The notes beneath the pieces are model-generated. The model was not told the DNA's origin. It searched no databases and saw nothing but the letters and a program-made list of their open reading frames with translations. DNA of 43,256 nucleotides, from the IMG/VR virus record IMGVR_UViG_3300032289_000612, positions 1 through 43,256 of that record. The stretch is one strand, 5' to 3'. Source of the DNA: a virus (taxonomy: Duplodnaviria; Caudoviricetes). Positions 32,638-41,966 of this stretch are shown here, in pieces (within the stretch, counting starts at the first letter, position 1; each line of letters opens with the position of its first letter). A program made the translations under genes and the position numbers.

Positions 32638-32713
32638 TTTGTTTCTCCTATAGGTTGTTTAATTTAGATGGGTCTAGAAGTCCATCTATGAATCTATTAT
32701 AGCATTTAGTTGA

Positions 32714-32836
32714 TTAAGACTTATACTGCTCATACCAGCAGTCATCACATATATCTATGACTACTCCGTTTAATTTACCAGAAATTCTAGTTGCCTTATT
32801 ATTACAGTCTTTTATTTCACAAAATCCACTAAACAT
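32714..32836 (-). CDS. Zn-finger microprotein (40 aa)
   Basis: Manual translation CEIKDC...CDDC. Confidence 0.6.
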   Translation of the reverse strand: MFSGFCEIKDCNNKATRISGKLNGVVIDICDDCWYEQYKS

Positions 32837-32979
32837 TATTTGGGGCCTTTAGCCTTTTGTCCTCTATATCCAGTCTTCTTTTTATTCATGCTGCCAGGCT
32901 TTTTGTAACCAGCCCCATTTGGTGTTGCAGCAATTCTTTGTTCTAAAGCTTTTTTAACTTTATCTAAATGTTTTCCCAT
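32836..32979 (-). CDS. Basic microprotein (47 aa)
   Basis: Manual translation MGKHLDKVKK...YKKPGSM; AAGGA SD. Confidence 0.65.
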   Translation of the reverse strand: MGKHLDKVKKALEQRIAATPNGAGYKKPGSMNKKKTGYRGQKAKGPK

Positions 32980-32997
32980 AATTCCTTCTTAAATAAA

Positions 32998-33021
32998 TGG
33001 GGCGGGAGTTTATCCCGCCCC
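32998..33021 (-). terminator. Intrinsic terminator
   Basis: TGGGGCGGGA/TCCCGCCCCA, followed by TTTATTT on the minus strand. Confidence 0.75.
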
Positions 33022-33033
33022 ACCGTAATTTAA

Positions 33034-34173
33034 TTACTTAACTAAGGTAACCTTAGCCTTTGGGTTCTTTGCATTCCACTGCTTTGCAAGTGCATTGAAA
33101 GAAGCCTTTATTGCCTTAAGTGCTGCAGCATTATCTGCAGTCAACTTAGCAATTGTTGCATCATAAGCAAGCTTTGCATCGGCAAGAGCCTTATCTGAAG
33201 CAGTCTTTGCATCCGCAAGAGCCTTAACTGAAGCAGCCTTTTCAGCAGCAAGTGCTGCATCTGCAGCTACCTTAGCTTCTGCAGCATCAGCAGCAGCCTT
33301 TACAACTGCAGCATCTGAAATTGCTTTAGCAGCAAGAGCAGCATCCTTAGCAGCCTTTTCAGCAGCAAGTTCTGATACTAGATCACGAACTGTGATTTCT
33401 GCAAATGGTGCAAGTGTACGAGCAGTTAGACCAACTACGTCTGCAGATGATGCATCAGAAGATGTTGTTGGAGCAAACATAATTAGTGAACGTGTTCCAG
33501 TTGCTGGAAGTGTTGCTGTAAACTTTGCAACTCCAAAATCTGAAAGAGTGGCACCAGTTGTTGCTGTTGCTGAATCAAGTGTTGCTGTTGCAGCAAATAC
33601 TGTTGCAGTAATAGACTTTGCAGAAACCTTGTTTCCAAATACGTCTGTTGCTGTAACCAAGATGTCCTGCTTTGTTCCAGCAGCACCTGTTGCAGGAGCT
33701 GAAACTACTAGATTATTAATCTTACCAGCAGTACCCTGAACATAATATGTAAAGGTAGTACCCTGGTTAGTAACAGTTACTGTTCCAATTGCTGTTGTCT
33801 TTGTGTAGACCCAGAATGTTGCAGTTGTTCCTGTACCAGTTGCGATTGTCAAAGATGATGATCCTGACGATGCTCCTACTGGTGCAGCAGATGTGTGTAG
33901 TGCAGACACGATTGTTGCGTTTGTTGCTACAACAGAAACTGATGTTCCCGTGTCAACTGTTGCTACGAACTTTAATGCGTCAGCAGCATCAACTGAATTA
34001 TCTGCAGGGACTGGTAGTGAAGCTGGTGTAGCAATAGCAGATGCCGTTGTGTTGGCAGTTCCATCTAGAGATACAGCAACTGTCATTACAGCAGCACTTG
34101 CAGGTGTTGCTACGATTGTGCCCAAAGTCATGGCTGCAACCATGGCTAGAGCAATTTTCTTAAATGAGTTCAT
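33034..34173 (-). CDS. Secreted Ala/Thr-rich surface protein with C-terminal coiled coil
   Basis: Signal peptide (MNSFKKIALAM...ASA), Ig-like beta region, Ala/Lys helix. Confidence 0.75.
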   Translation of the reverse strand: MNSFKKIALAMVAAMTLGTIVATPASAAVMTVAVSLDGTANTTASAIATPASLPVPADNSVDAADALKFVATVDTGTSVSVVATNATIVSALHTSAAPVGASSGSSSLTIATGTGTTATFWVYTKTTAIGTVTVTNQGTTFTYYVQGTAGKINNLVVSAPATGAAGTKQDILVTATDVFGNKVSAKSITATVFAATATLDSATATTGATLSDFGVAKFTATLPATGTRSLIMFAPTTSSDASSADVVGLTARTLAPFAEITVRDLVSELAAEKAAKDAALAAKAISDAAVVKAAADAAEAKVAADAALAAEKAASVKALADAKTASDKALADAKLAYDATIAKLTADNAAALKAIKASFNALAKQWNAKNPKAKVTLVK

Positions 34174-34221
34174 TTAATTTATTCTCCTTAATTTCTCTGT
34201 GTTTCTTGTGATCACAGAAGT

Positions 34222-34524
34222 CTATAACCATTCTTCAAGTTCTTTAAGCATCAAATGCTTTGGTTTTGCCCCAACTATGGTTTTGATTGGGATACCATTT
34301 TCAAAAAGAATCATGGTAGGAATTGATACAACTTTGTATTCTCCAGCCATGATAGGGTTTGTATCAACATCAAGCTTTGCTATAGTCAATCCAAATTCTT
34401 GAGAGATTTCTTCTAAAATTGGAGCAACCCTTTTACATGGTCCACACCAATCCGCCCAGAAATCTACCAATACTAAATCATTTTCTTTAATTGTTTTCTC
34501 AAAATCACTATCGGTAATATTCAT
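34222..34524 (-). CDS. trxA: Thioredoxin
   Basis: VDFWADWCGPCK, SIPT. Confidence 0.93.
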   Translation of the reverse strand: MNITDSDFEKTIKENDLVLVDFWADWCGPCKRVAPILEEISQEFGLTIAKLDVDTNPIMAGEYKVVSIPTMILFENGIPIKTIVGAKPKHLMLKELEEWL

Positions 34525-34991
34525 TTGCCCTCCATATGTGTTGGCCAAAAATAACTACACGATTCGCAACAAGTATACCCTAATTCACGGTAGTCCGCAA
34601 ACTCTTGGTAGAACCAATAGTGTTCTGGATCCTTTTCGTATAATCTTCCCTTGTGAGTGTAATGAACCTTGTTATTTCCAAGCCACCAAGGTTTATCTGA
34701 CTCTAATCCCAAGAAGTTCTCTTCATATATCTCATCAAACAAGGCACGGGTTGTATTCTTGTACCCGCGTAGGATTATATCTCGTATGATAGCTTCATTG
34801 TACAGGAACAACCAATCTTCATGTCCCCGCCACATTTTAACTGCTGGATGATTACTCCATGCACCACTTTCATACATTCCTGAAAGTGATTTGAGAATCT
34901 GTAAATTCTCAACGCTTTGCTTAATTAATCTTTTACGATCAAGATGTTTTGCAGTATCTTGAAAGTCCGCCTCTGGTAAGAATGTTTGCAT
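34521..34991 (-). CDS. Pyrimidine-dimer DNA glycosylase/endonuclease V family (MSMEG_6728-like)
   Basis: MQTFLP, LDRKRL.KQ.VE, W.NHPAVKMWRG, PWWLG, KDPEHY. Confidence 0.85.
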   Translation of the reverse strand: MQTFLPEADFQDTAKHLDRKRLIKQSVENLQILKSLSGMYESGAWSNHPAVKMWRGHEDWLFLYNEAIIRDIILRGYKNTTRALFDEIYEENFLGLESDKPWWLGNNKVHYTHKGRLYEKDPEHYWFYQEFADYRELGYTCCESCSYFWPTHMEGK

Positions 34992-34995
34992 AACC

Positions 34996-35238
34996 CTATT
35001 TTACTATATGTGGTTCAGGTGTCAAGACCTCTTCTTGATCCTTTAATTCTTCTGCTGCTGCATTAAATTTATTCATAAAGGTTTGAATTACAAAAAGTGT
35101 TGTCTCTCTTGAATTAAGCCCAATTGCTCTAGATGAATCTTCAGTTTGTTCTTCTGCTGGAATTGCATTCCAAAGCTTTTGATAAAGTTCTTGTGAAACT
35201 TCTTCAACAATTTCTTCAAGTACTGTCATATTAGCCAA
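34996..35238 (-). CDS. Hypothetical protein
   Basis: 80 aa. Confidence 0.7.
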   Translation of the reverse strand: MANMTVLEEIVEEVSQELYQKLWNAIPAEEQTEDSSRAIGLNSRETTLFVIQTFMNKFNAAAEELKDQEEVLTPEPHIVK

Positions 35239-36376
35239 GTTTTGCTACCTCCGCTGCAATTGTTTTCTTTAACGTATCAATAGAAGAATCTTTAGCTTTA
35301 GATAGTTCTAATACAGAAGCATTATATTTTTCTAAAATTTGAAAGATTTCCTGTTCTTGTTTCTTCATTAACAAATCAATTGCTGCAGCCTTTGCTGCTG
35401 CCCTAGCCGCTTCTTCTGCAGCCTTTTTCGCAGCATCTGCTGCTAAATATTTAACTGCAGAATCAAAACTAATTAACTTAGCAACTATAGTACTCGTGCT
35501 TTTTGCTGGTATTGCACTGTTTCGCATTAAAGCATATAGATCTTGATAAGAAATTCCTGGACGAATCTTTTTTACTGCCAACCAATTTGCAGCAGCAATT
35601 TGTGTTGATGCAGATGTTCCACGAACACTAACTTGTTTTCCTGTAATTGGAGACGAAGCAACTGTATTTCCAAGTGCTACAAAGTCAATTCTATTTTCAT
35701 CATAATTGCTATAAATTGCTAACTCATCTTGTGATGTGGATGCTCCAACTGCTATTGAATCATCAATGCATGAAGGCCAATCAATTCTTTTTAGATCTCC
35801 AGCATTTCCTGCAGCAAAGAATACTGGTATACCAGAGGCTACAAAAGTCTTTAATTGTGACTGTGTTGATGGAGTGTTTGGGCAATAGTTTGTTGAAGAC
35901 CCCAAATTATGATGTCCTTGAGCCATTGTAACAGCCTGAATATTTAACAAATCTTTATTTTTATATACCCAGTCTAAAGCTCTTGTAATTGTAACTTCAT
36001 TTGCAAGTTGTCTTTCTCCAGATGCAGTGTTTCCAATAATACGAACAAAAACAATGTTTACATCCGTGCTGTTTGCTACAAAAATAGAAGACATTTGCGT
36101 TCCGTGGCCGAAACCGTTCTTTGTAATAATGCTAGAAGGAAGGCTTGTAGACCCTGGGCCCTCCATAAAAGACTTACCATTTGGACATGAATTCCATTCA
36201 AGAATACATACCTCGTAGGCAATTCTTCCGTTAAAAATTGGAAGCGATGAATCCAATGCTGTATCTAAAATAGCAACAGTTGGTGTGATTGTCTTATTAG
36301 ACAGATTTGCCGCATGTGATGTAGCGGGTACAATGAGTGTTAAGGCAATTAATGCCGTGATTATTTTTTTGTTCAT
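35231..36376 (-). CDS. Secreted subtilisin-like (S8) serine protease
   Basis: Signal peptide MNKKII..., VAILDT, HGT, AAGN, GTS; leaderless promoter TTGACG...TAGAAT. Confidence 0.88.
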   Translation of the reverse strand: MNKKIITALIALTLIVPATSHAANLSNKTITPTVAILDTALDSSLPIFNGRIAYEVCILEWNSCPNGKSFMEGPGSTSLPSSIITKNGFGHGTQMSSIFVANSTDVNIVFVRIIGNTASGERQLANEVTITRALDWVYKNKDLLNIQAVTMAQGHHNLGSSTNYCPNTPSTQSQLKTFVASGIPVFFAAGNAGDLKRIDWPSCIDDSIAVGASTSQDELAIYSNYDENRIDFVALGNTVASSPITGKQVSVRGTSASTQIAAANWLAVKKIRPGISYQDLYALMRNSAIPAKSTSTIVAKLISFDSAVKYLAADAAKKAAEEAARAAAKAAAIDLLMKKQEQEIFQILEKYNASVLELSKAKDSSIDTLKKTIAAEVAKLG

Positions 36377-36415
36377 GTGGTCTATTCTACTAAAAATACA
36401 AGTATCCGTCAATAG

Positions 36416-36583
36416 TTACTTGTTGTCTAACTTAGCTTTATACCATTTACCAGCGTCCATATCTGGCGCCTTCACCTTTCCTTGATCCAAAAGCATATTG
36501 ACTGCAGTTGTCAAGTATTCGATTTGAAACTGAGATCTTAGTAATTCCATCTCAAGTAATCTTAATCTTTCTGATTTTCTCAA
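36416..36583 (-). CDS. Hypothetical coiled protein (55 aa)
   Basis: Manual translation, TTG start overlapping the upstream stop. Confidence 0.6.
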   Translation of the reverse strand: MRKSERLRLLEMELLRSQFQIEYLTTAVNMLLDQGKVKAPDMDAGKWYKAKLDNK

Positions 36584-36894
36584 TTTTCTAATCCTTCTCT
36601 ATCTAAAGGGGTTGGTGCGGTTGCAAGGCTTCCGCATTGAGCGCATTCCATATCTAAAAAGTATGTTGCTATCTCGTAATTGTCAAACACGGCTCTTACA
36701 TTCCAAACTTCTGAACCACATATGCATTGGTGTGTTGGAGTGCCACGTAAATCCATTGCATCAAAACCTTCTTGGGTTTCCCCTAAGTCTTCTTTATCAA
36801 ATATAAGCAATGTGTACTTATCAAAGAACTGTTTTACAGCACCGACTGAAGCTAATCCTAATAGGACTGTAATTAATCTACTTAGCCACTTCAT
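36580..36894 (-). CDS. Membrane-anchored Zn-ribbon protein
   Basis: TM + CICGS...CAQCG. Confidence 0.7.
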   Translation of the reverse strand: MKWLSRLITVLLGLASVGAVKQFFDKYTLLIFDKEDLGETQEGFDAMDLRGTPTHQCICGSEVWNVRAVFDNYEIATYFLDMECAQCGSLATAPTPLDREGLEN

Positions 36895-36908
36895 AATATA
36901 ATTATACT

Positions 36909-37466
36909 CTAAATCTGAATGTATGTAAAGGGAGGAGCGACGCTCATTGAAAACTCTGAAGCAGCCTCTAATGCAGCTTTAATCCTAAGTCTAGGGTTCT
37001 TTTGATTCTTTGTAGCATGTAAAGCTCCTAGTGCAAACATTGAGCCTGATCCTTCTGCCATATAATTAACTACATTTTCACCTACGTGAAAATCTTCATC
37101 TATCGTAAAAATTCTTCCTTCTAACCCAACAATAAAAACTCCGCCCGTATCTTCTTCTGAATTTTGCCCTATTGCTCCAAACCCTCCGTCTTTAAAAGCA
37201 ACCTTTACGGAATCAATAAACTTAGTTCTCATAAATTTATCTAAACCTGAGTTTGTTTTTGTTGGAGTGTACTTTGGTGGACTCCAGGAATACTGAAGTA
37301 TTTGTCCCATGCGAAATGAATCTGTGAAAGCAACACCATACTGACCAACTTTAAAACACTTTGGCTCTTTTCTTGCAATGATCCATCCAGTTTTGTCATC
37401 TGATGCGGCATGGTCGGAACCCATATAAACGGTTCCATTTTGAGCTATAGCAACAATACAGGTCAT
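36909..37466 (-). CDS. HslV/proteasome-beta-like Ntn hydrolase
   Basis: N-terminal (M)TCIVAI...GSD, Lys33-like PK, 'AEGSGS.FALGAL'. Confidence 0.8.
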   Translation of the reverse strand: MTCIVAIAQNGTVYMGSDHAASDDKTGWIIARKEPKCFKVGQYGVAFTDSFRMGQILQYSWSPPKYTPTKTNSGLDKFMRTKFIDSVKVAFKDGGFGAIGQNSEEDTGGVFIVGLEGRIFTIDEDFHVGENVVNYMAEGSGSMFALGALHATKNQKNPRLRIKAALEAASEFSMSVAPPFTYIQI

Positions 37467-37498
37467 ACTACTAGTATACTATTTATAAATTCGATGGT

Positions 37499-37807
37499 CT
37501 AGTCTTCTTTATGCTCAACATGTATAATTGATAATTTAATTAATGTTTCTTCTAATTCCGCCTTAACCTCAATTAATTGCTGAATGGCATCATAATACTT
37601 GTCTTTCCATTCAGTTAGGTCTTTTTCAAGCTGGTAGAGAGCTATCTTTAAATCCTTTAATTCTAATTTAAGCTGGTCTTGATATCTTTCTAATTTTCTG
37701 GTTTCTTCTCTTTTTGCTTGGGCTACTGCATTAACAATTGCAGTTCCAAATCCACCTAAAACTGCGGCGGAAATTGAAATTATAATAGTAGTTATATCAA
37801 TAGACAT
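37499..37807 (-). CDS. TM + coiled-coil protein
   Basis: 102 aa. Confidence 0.7.
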   Translation of the reverse strand: MSIDITTIIISISAAVLGGFGTAIVNAVAQAKREETRKLERYQDQLKLELKDLKIALYQLEKDLTEWKDKYYDAIQQLIEVKAELEETLIKLSIIHVEHKED

Positions 37808-37837
37808 TATATGCTCTATTATACAGGAAAATGAATA

Positions 37838-38074
37838 TTAAACTAATAATTCAGAAGCAGATATCTCATTGCCCACATATCGCTTCTTTAGTACATAATC
37901 TCTTACATAGTCTGCCCCATTGGATCTTCCCGCCAAAATAATTAGCCAGCGTGGTTCAAATTTAGATGTTATGCAACTTTCACACATTAGTAAATTTATT
38001 GGTAGCAAGGATGATCTTTTAGCATTTAGCTGGTTCTTGGTTTTACTGCATGAATAGCATAGAATTTTTTCCAT
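37838..38074 (-). CDS. Zn-finger protein
   Basis: CYSC...CESC. Confidence 0.7.
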   Translation of the reverse strand: MEKILCYSCSKTKNQLNAKRSSLLPINLLMCESCITSKFEPRWLIILAGRSNGADYVRDYVLKKRYVGNEISASELLV

Positions 38075-38283
38075 TAATTTTCTTCCTCAAAGTGCTGAAA
38101 TACGATTTCTTCTACAATAGCGAATTCGTCATTTTCCATTAGGACAACATGTTCTACATCATCCTTTTGATAACTTACTTCTGAAGCAAATGCTCCCATT
38201 TTCTCAACTTTTCCATATACATTTTCATCATGTATATAAACAATGGTCACTCTGTCATAATACTCTTTCACTTGGCACCCCAA
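38074..38283 (-). CDS. Hypothetical protein
   Basis: 69 aa; start uncertain. Confidence 0.6.
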   Translation of the reverse strand: MGCQVKEYYDRVTIVYIHDENVYGKVEKMGAFASEVSYQKDDVEHVVLMENDEFAIVEEIVFQHFEEEN

Positions 38284-38572
38284 TTAGTTCGCATCTTACT
38301 CCATATGACTCAATTACCTTCTTAACCTTATCAACATAATCAATAACCATTTCTTTTTTAATTCCTTCAAAAAAGATAAAATTATCTTCATACAATTTAA
38401 TAGCTAAGAAATCTGGATATTTGGCAATATCCATCTGCAATCCCATTACTGGCACTTTAATCTGTTTTATTTTCTGTGCCATCTCATTGTTATAAAATAC
38501 TGGCTTATTTGGATCACCAGTCCACTGGTTAATTCCGTGCTTAAAATGATCTTTGTCTTTATCAATGAACAC
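38255..38572 (-). CDS. Hypothetical protein
   Basis: 105 aa; GGAG SD. Confidence 0.7.
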   Translation of the reverse strand: MFIDKDKDHFKHGINQWTGDPNKPVFYNNEMAQKIKQIKVPVMGLQMDIAKYPDFLAIKLYEDNFIFFEGIKKEMVIDYVDKVKKVIESYGVRCELIGVPSERVL

Positions 38573-38873
38573 CTTTGCTCCTTAACCGCTTCCAAGTTTC
38601 TGATGTCTTATGTAAATTTCTAGATTTATCTGTTGTTCCTGCGTTTAAATAAATGCCGCCCCAAATTCCATACTCTGAATTTTGTACTCCAGACTCATGA
38701 CACATTTTAATTACTGGACAACTTAAGCATGCTTCATCTATACTCTTGGCTATGTTAGAATCTGCTTCATACTTTTCGTAGAATAAATTTGTATCCATTC
38801 CACGACATATTGCTAGATGCCACCAATCAAAATCGTCTTTATCTATTCCTAGATCATTTAAAATATTTGACAT
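38562..38873 (-). CDS. whiB: WhiB-family Fe-S transcription factor
   Basis: W...A.C...D...F, CLSCPV..MC, YGIWGG; start at MSNIL preferred. Confidence 0.9.
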   Translation of the reverse strand: MSNILNDLGIDKDDFDWWHLAICRGMDTNLFYEKYEADSNIAKSIDEACLSCPVIKMCHESGVQNSEYGIWGGIYLNAGTTDKSRNLHKTSETWKRLRSKGVH

Positions 38874-39084
38874 ATTTTTTAGGTAACTTCCAGATCCCTT
38901 GTTCATTGACAGCTATTTTTTCTGCCAATCCCCATTCGTCTCTAAACATGCCATTTTTATCAGTGAATCCATTAGCATTTCTTTTCCAGATTATAAGGTC
39001 GTAATTATTCCAAAAAGCTTCTTGAGTTTTTGTCTTTGATCTATTTATAAATATCTCTACACCACGAAGGTTTAAATTTAACAT
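38854..39084 (-). CDS. Hypothetical protein, first gene of the whiB operon
   Basis: 76 aa. Confidence 0.7.
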   Translation of the reverse strand: MLNLNLRGVEIFINRSKTKTQEAFWNNYDLIIWKRNANGFTDKNGMFRDEWGLAEKIAVNEQGIWKLPKKYVKYFK

Positions 39085-39122
39085 ATTTTCCTAAACACTA
39101 AACCGTAGCATCCCTATGTATT

Positions 39123-39152
39123 ATTATACAGGAACAGCTACGGCTGTGTCAA
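39123..39152 (-). promoter_or_regulatory. Consensus promoter of the whiB operon, overlapped by an inverted repeat
   Basis: TTGACA-N18-TATAAT; CCGTAGC...GCTACGG arms at 39103-39143. Confidence 0.75.
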
Positions 39153-39164
39153 TTAATTTTTATG

Positions 39165-40241
39165 CTATTTTTTAAATTTAAAAGATCCAGCCCAGAATGA
39201 TTTTGTAACCATATCTGCTTCTGTTAAATCTTCTGCTTTTTCTATAGGAACGCAATTAGGGACCATTCGGCCACCCTTTTCTTTCATGCCATCTTGTCTG
39301 TATCCAGTCCAGCAGGCCTTCTCCATATTATTCCATTTATCTTCTTCTTCATTATCTGACTCGTAATGTTCCGACTTATACATATTGTCATGGCCTTTGC
39401 ACATTTTCATATCACACCCGCCAGATGCCTTACATTCCATACAACCATTGCATTTGCAGCCCATTGTGTCTGTCATATCTGCTTTATCCATTTCGCCCTT
39501 TGAACATATAGGACAATTCTCGCATGACACATCTAATCTCTTGCATGTCTCACAACCACAACCTTGGTATTTCTTTTCAAAGCTGTCTTCAATTTCTGAT
39601 TCTTCAAATCCGTCTTCAATTCCCTCTGACTTGCTTACATTATATTTACCACCACGGCGCTTGTATTCTTGTACCACCCAACCATTTGCATAAGCTGAAG
39701 GATAAACATCAAATTTTCTTTTTGCTTCAGCAACAATTTTTGCATACAAATCTTTATTTGATGGTTCGCCTTTTCTTGGCTTAATAACATCTTTAAATTT
39801 ATCTTTTGCTTTTTCTAGATCATCTGAAATTTCAATTACTGTGTCGATAGGAGTTATTGCCTCTGTCAACATATCTTTAATTTCTTCTACTACTTCTTGT
39901 ACTTCTAAGTTCTTTTTCATATTTTTCTCCCGTGTTACTATTTTTTTAGACCATGAGAACCCTGCGTCCCCACCCCAGGCCAACCACATAATCTTACCAT
40001 TAGATGGGTTTTCTGCGTTATTAAAATCTTTTCCTTTTTTATCTACTTCATGACGTGAAAAAAAAGAATACATTCTTTTAACTGTCGATAAGCTAAGAGT
40101 TTCTCCTCTAGAAAGCTGTCCTGCACGAGTCCAACCTACCACTGTTCCAGCGCCTTTGGCCTTGCCTTCTTCTTTTAATTTAATTGCACGTCGGGCAGCT
40201 GCTTGCATACCTGCCGTTGGCTTATATCCTTCTGTTGCCAT
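39165..40241 (-). CDS. Multi-module, probably head-associated protein
   Basis: 358 aa; modules 'STVKRMYSFFSRHE', 'YPSAYANGWVVQEYKRRGGKY', Cys clusters, 'CWTGY...MVPNCVP'. Confidence 0.65.
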   Translation of the reverse strand: MATEGYKPTAGMQAAARRAIKLKEEGKAKGAGTVVGWTRAGQLSRGETLSLSTVKRMYSFFSRHEVDKKGKDFNNAENPSNGKIMWLAWGGDAGFSWSKKIVTREKNMKKNLEVQEVVEEIKDMLTEAITPIDTVIEISDDLEKAKDKFKDVIKPRKGEPSNKDLYAKIVAEAKRKFDVYPSAYANGWVVQEYKRRGGKYNVSKSEGIEDGFEESEIEDSFEKKYQGCGCETCKRLDVSCENCPICSKGEMDKADMTDTMGCKCNGCMECKASGGCDMKMCKGHDNMYKSEHYESDNEEEDKWNNMEKACWTGYRQDGMKEKGGRMVPNCVPIEKAEDLTEADMVTKSFWAGSFKFKK

Positions 40242-40384
40242 TATTTCTCCCTCACGCTTAATAATTTAACGTTTTTAACTTCGTCATCAACTCCAAAAAT
40301 ATCACTGATATAATCTTTTGCATCATCTTCACTAAAAGCCTGTATATGTGCTTCTACTTCTAGTTTAATAACATAAGTATTCAT
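40241..40384 (-). CDS. Hypothetical protein (47 aa)
   Basis: Manual translation MNTYVIKLEVEA... Confidence 0.65.
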   Translation of the reverse strand: MNTYVIKLEVEAHIQAFSEDDAKDYISDIFGVDDEVKNVKLLSVREK

Positions 40385-40963
40385 TTACTTACCGCAGGTA
40401 GGGCACTTCTTTGACTTAGATGTAGTTGGCTTGGCTACTGGCTTATCTGCAGATTTAGTCGCTAATCCAAACTTTGGTCTTCCAAATCCTACTATGGAAA
40501 TCATTACGCCCGCCTTGTTCTTCTTAAAGGCACGAAGTTGCTTGCACACTTCTCCGCCATTTCTTTGGCTTCCAGATTTCTTTGAAGATGTATTTCCTTC
40601 AATACACCAAACTGTTCCATCTTCATTATCTTTAACAACAATACCTACGTGAGAAATTCTATCGACACCGTCTGATGGGAAATCAAAATATACTACATCT
40701 CCTGGTTCTGGGTCAGCTAGGTCTCCATCAATCCATTGTCCAGCTTTTTTAAAAGCCTGTGCCCCACCTGGAGTGTAAACAGTATTAGGAATCTTTACTC
40801 CTGCTTCATTTGCACACCAGTTCACAAAACTTCCACACCATGGTTGAAAGTTTGCCTTCATAAAAGCACCGTACTTAGTTTCGTTATCTTTAGGGCCTTC
40901 AATAGTTCCTAGTTCTGCTGTGGCAACTTCGATAAAACGTGCTGCTGTTCCTTGATCTGCCAT
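40385..40963 (-). CDS. CHAP-domain endolysin
   Basis: PWCGSFV, PGD, SHVGIV, IEGNT, GFGRP. Confidence 0.88.
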   Translation of the reverse strand: MADQGTAARFIEVATAELGTIEGPKDNETKYGAFMKANFQPWCGSFVNWCANEAGVKIPNTVYTPGGAQAFKKAGQWIDGDLADPEPGDVVYFDFPSDGVDRISHVGIVVKDNEDGTVWCIEGNTSSKKSGSQRNGGEVCKQLRAFKKNKAGVMISIVGFGRPKFGLATKSADKPVAKPTTSKSKKCPTCGK

Positions 40964-41124
40964 TACTTCTTCTCCTTACAAGAGCAATCAACTTTGTTTT
41001 TTAGTCGGTAGTGTTGATACGCCATAATAAGATTCCACCCAAACATAAGAACCATTAGAAACCACATGATTTGCATCTCAGTGATTCCAGAACCTGCTGT
41101 AATTACTGTATGGTCGTGAGTCAT
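40963..41124 (-). CDS. Single-TM microprotein (53 aa)
   Basis: Manual translation; coupled on both sides. Confidence 0.6.
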   Translation of the reverse strand: MTHDHTVITAGSGITEMQIMWFLMVLMFGWNLIMAYQHYRLKNKVDCSCKEKK

Positions 41125-41531
41125 TCTTTATCCCAATCTGTATCAACAGGCTGTTCCTCTGGCATTGCACCAGATGGCTTTGCTGCAAGACGTTCTGCTG
41201 TAGCATCAATATCGGCTTCTAACTTTTTATCGGCTTGAGTATTTTTAGCGTCCATCTCTTTGTTAGCCAACTGTGCAGACATTATGTCTTTAGCTCCAGA
41301 ATTACCAATTAAAATTCCAGCTAAAGTTCCTGTAATAAAAGTAGCAATACTTCCAAGAACATTGAAGAACATCTTGTCATTTTCTGACTGTGCACCAATT
41401 GGTTGTGAGACAAATAGAAGTCCGTATAGGATTCCTACTGCTGTGCACAACAAAATTGCCCCAAGTGTTACTCCAAGAATAAATTTTAATCTTGCATCTA
41501 AATCTTGGGGAGTTAATCTTTCTCTAGCCAT
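41121..41531 (-). CDS. Two-TM membrane protein (holin candidate)
   Basis: 136 aa, upstream of the endolysin. Confidence 0.6.
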   Translation of the reverse strand: MARERLTPQDLDARLKFILGVTLGAILLCTAVGILYGLLFVSQPIGAQSENDKMFFNVLGSIATFITGTLAGILIGNSGAKDIMSAQLANKEMDAKNTQADKKLEADIDATAERLAAKPSGAMPEEQPVDTDWDKE

Positions 41532-41742
41532 TATTAGTACCTGTTTCAGTTGTAGTCATTACATCTGTACCAAATACGTCTTTGGTACATGTTCCGCTTG
41601 CTTCACATACTGGAGGATTACATTCAACATTCTTCCAGTTTTCTGGGTTTTGGCAGGGATATCTATAAAAACCTTGATACCCGCAACCAGTCAATAGTAT
41701 CACCAGTAGGGCTGATAAAGCAATAGGGATTATTCTTTTCAT
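41524..41742 (-). CDS. Lipoprotein
   Basis: Lipobox LTGC; Cys-rich 'RYPCQNPENW...CNPP.C...GTC'; leaderless. Confidence 0.75.
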   Translation of the reverse strand: MKRIIPIALSALLVILLTGCGYQGFYRYPCQNPENWKNVECNPPVCEASGTCTKDVFGTDVMTTTETGTNNG

Positions 41743-41756
41743 AATCCAATTATACC

Positions 41757-41966
41757 CTATTCGTTATCTTTTCTTAATGGTATGGTTAATAGCCATATTG
41801 CTAGGGCTGCGACGGTTGCCAAGCCCACTATGTCTCGTGCAGTCCCAGTTAGGGTTAGCCAGGCAATAAAAAAGCCCAGGATTGTAAATACCTGATTAAT
41901 GCTTTCCATAATTGCGTCTTTAATCCAGCCTAAAAATCCCTTGATAGCTTTGATTATTAGTTTCAA
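41757..41966 (-). CDS. Two-TM membrane protein
   Basis: 69 aa. Confidence 0.65.
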   Translation of the reverse strand: MKLIIKAIKGFLGWIKDAIMESINQVFTILGFFIAWLTLTGTARDIVGLATVAALAIWLLTIPLRKDNE

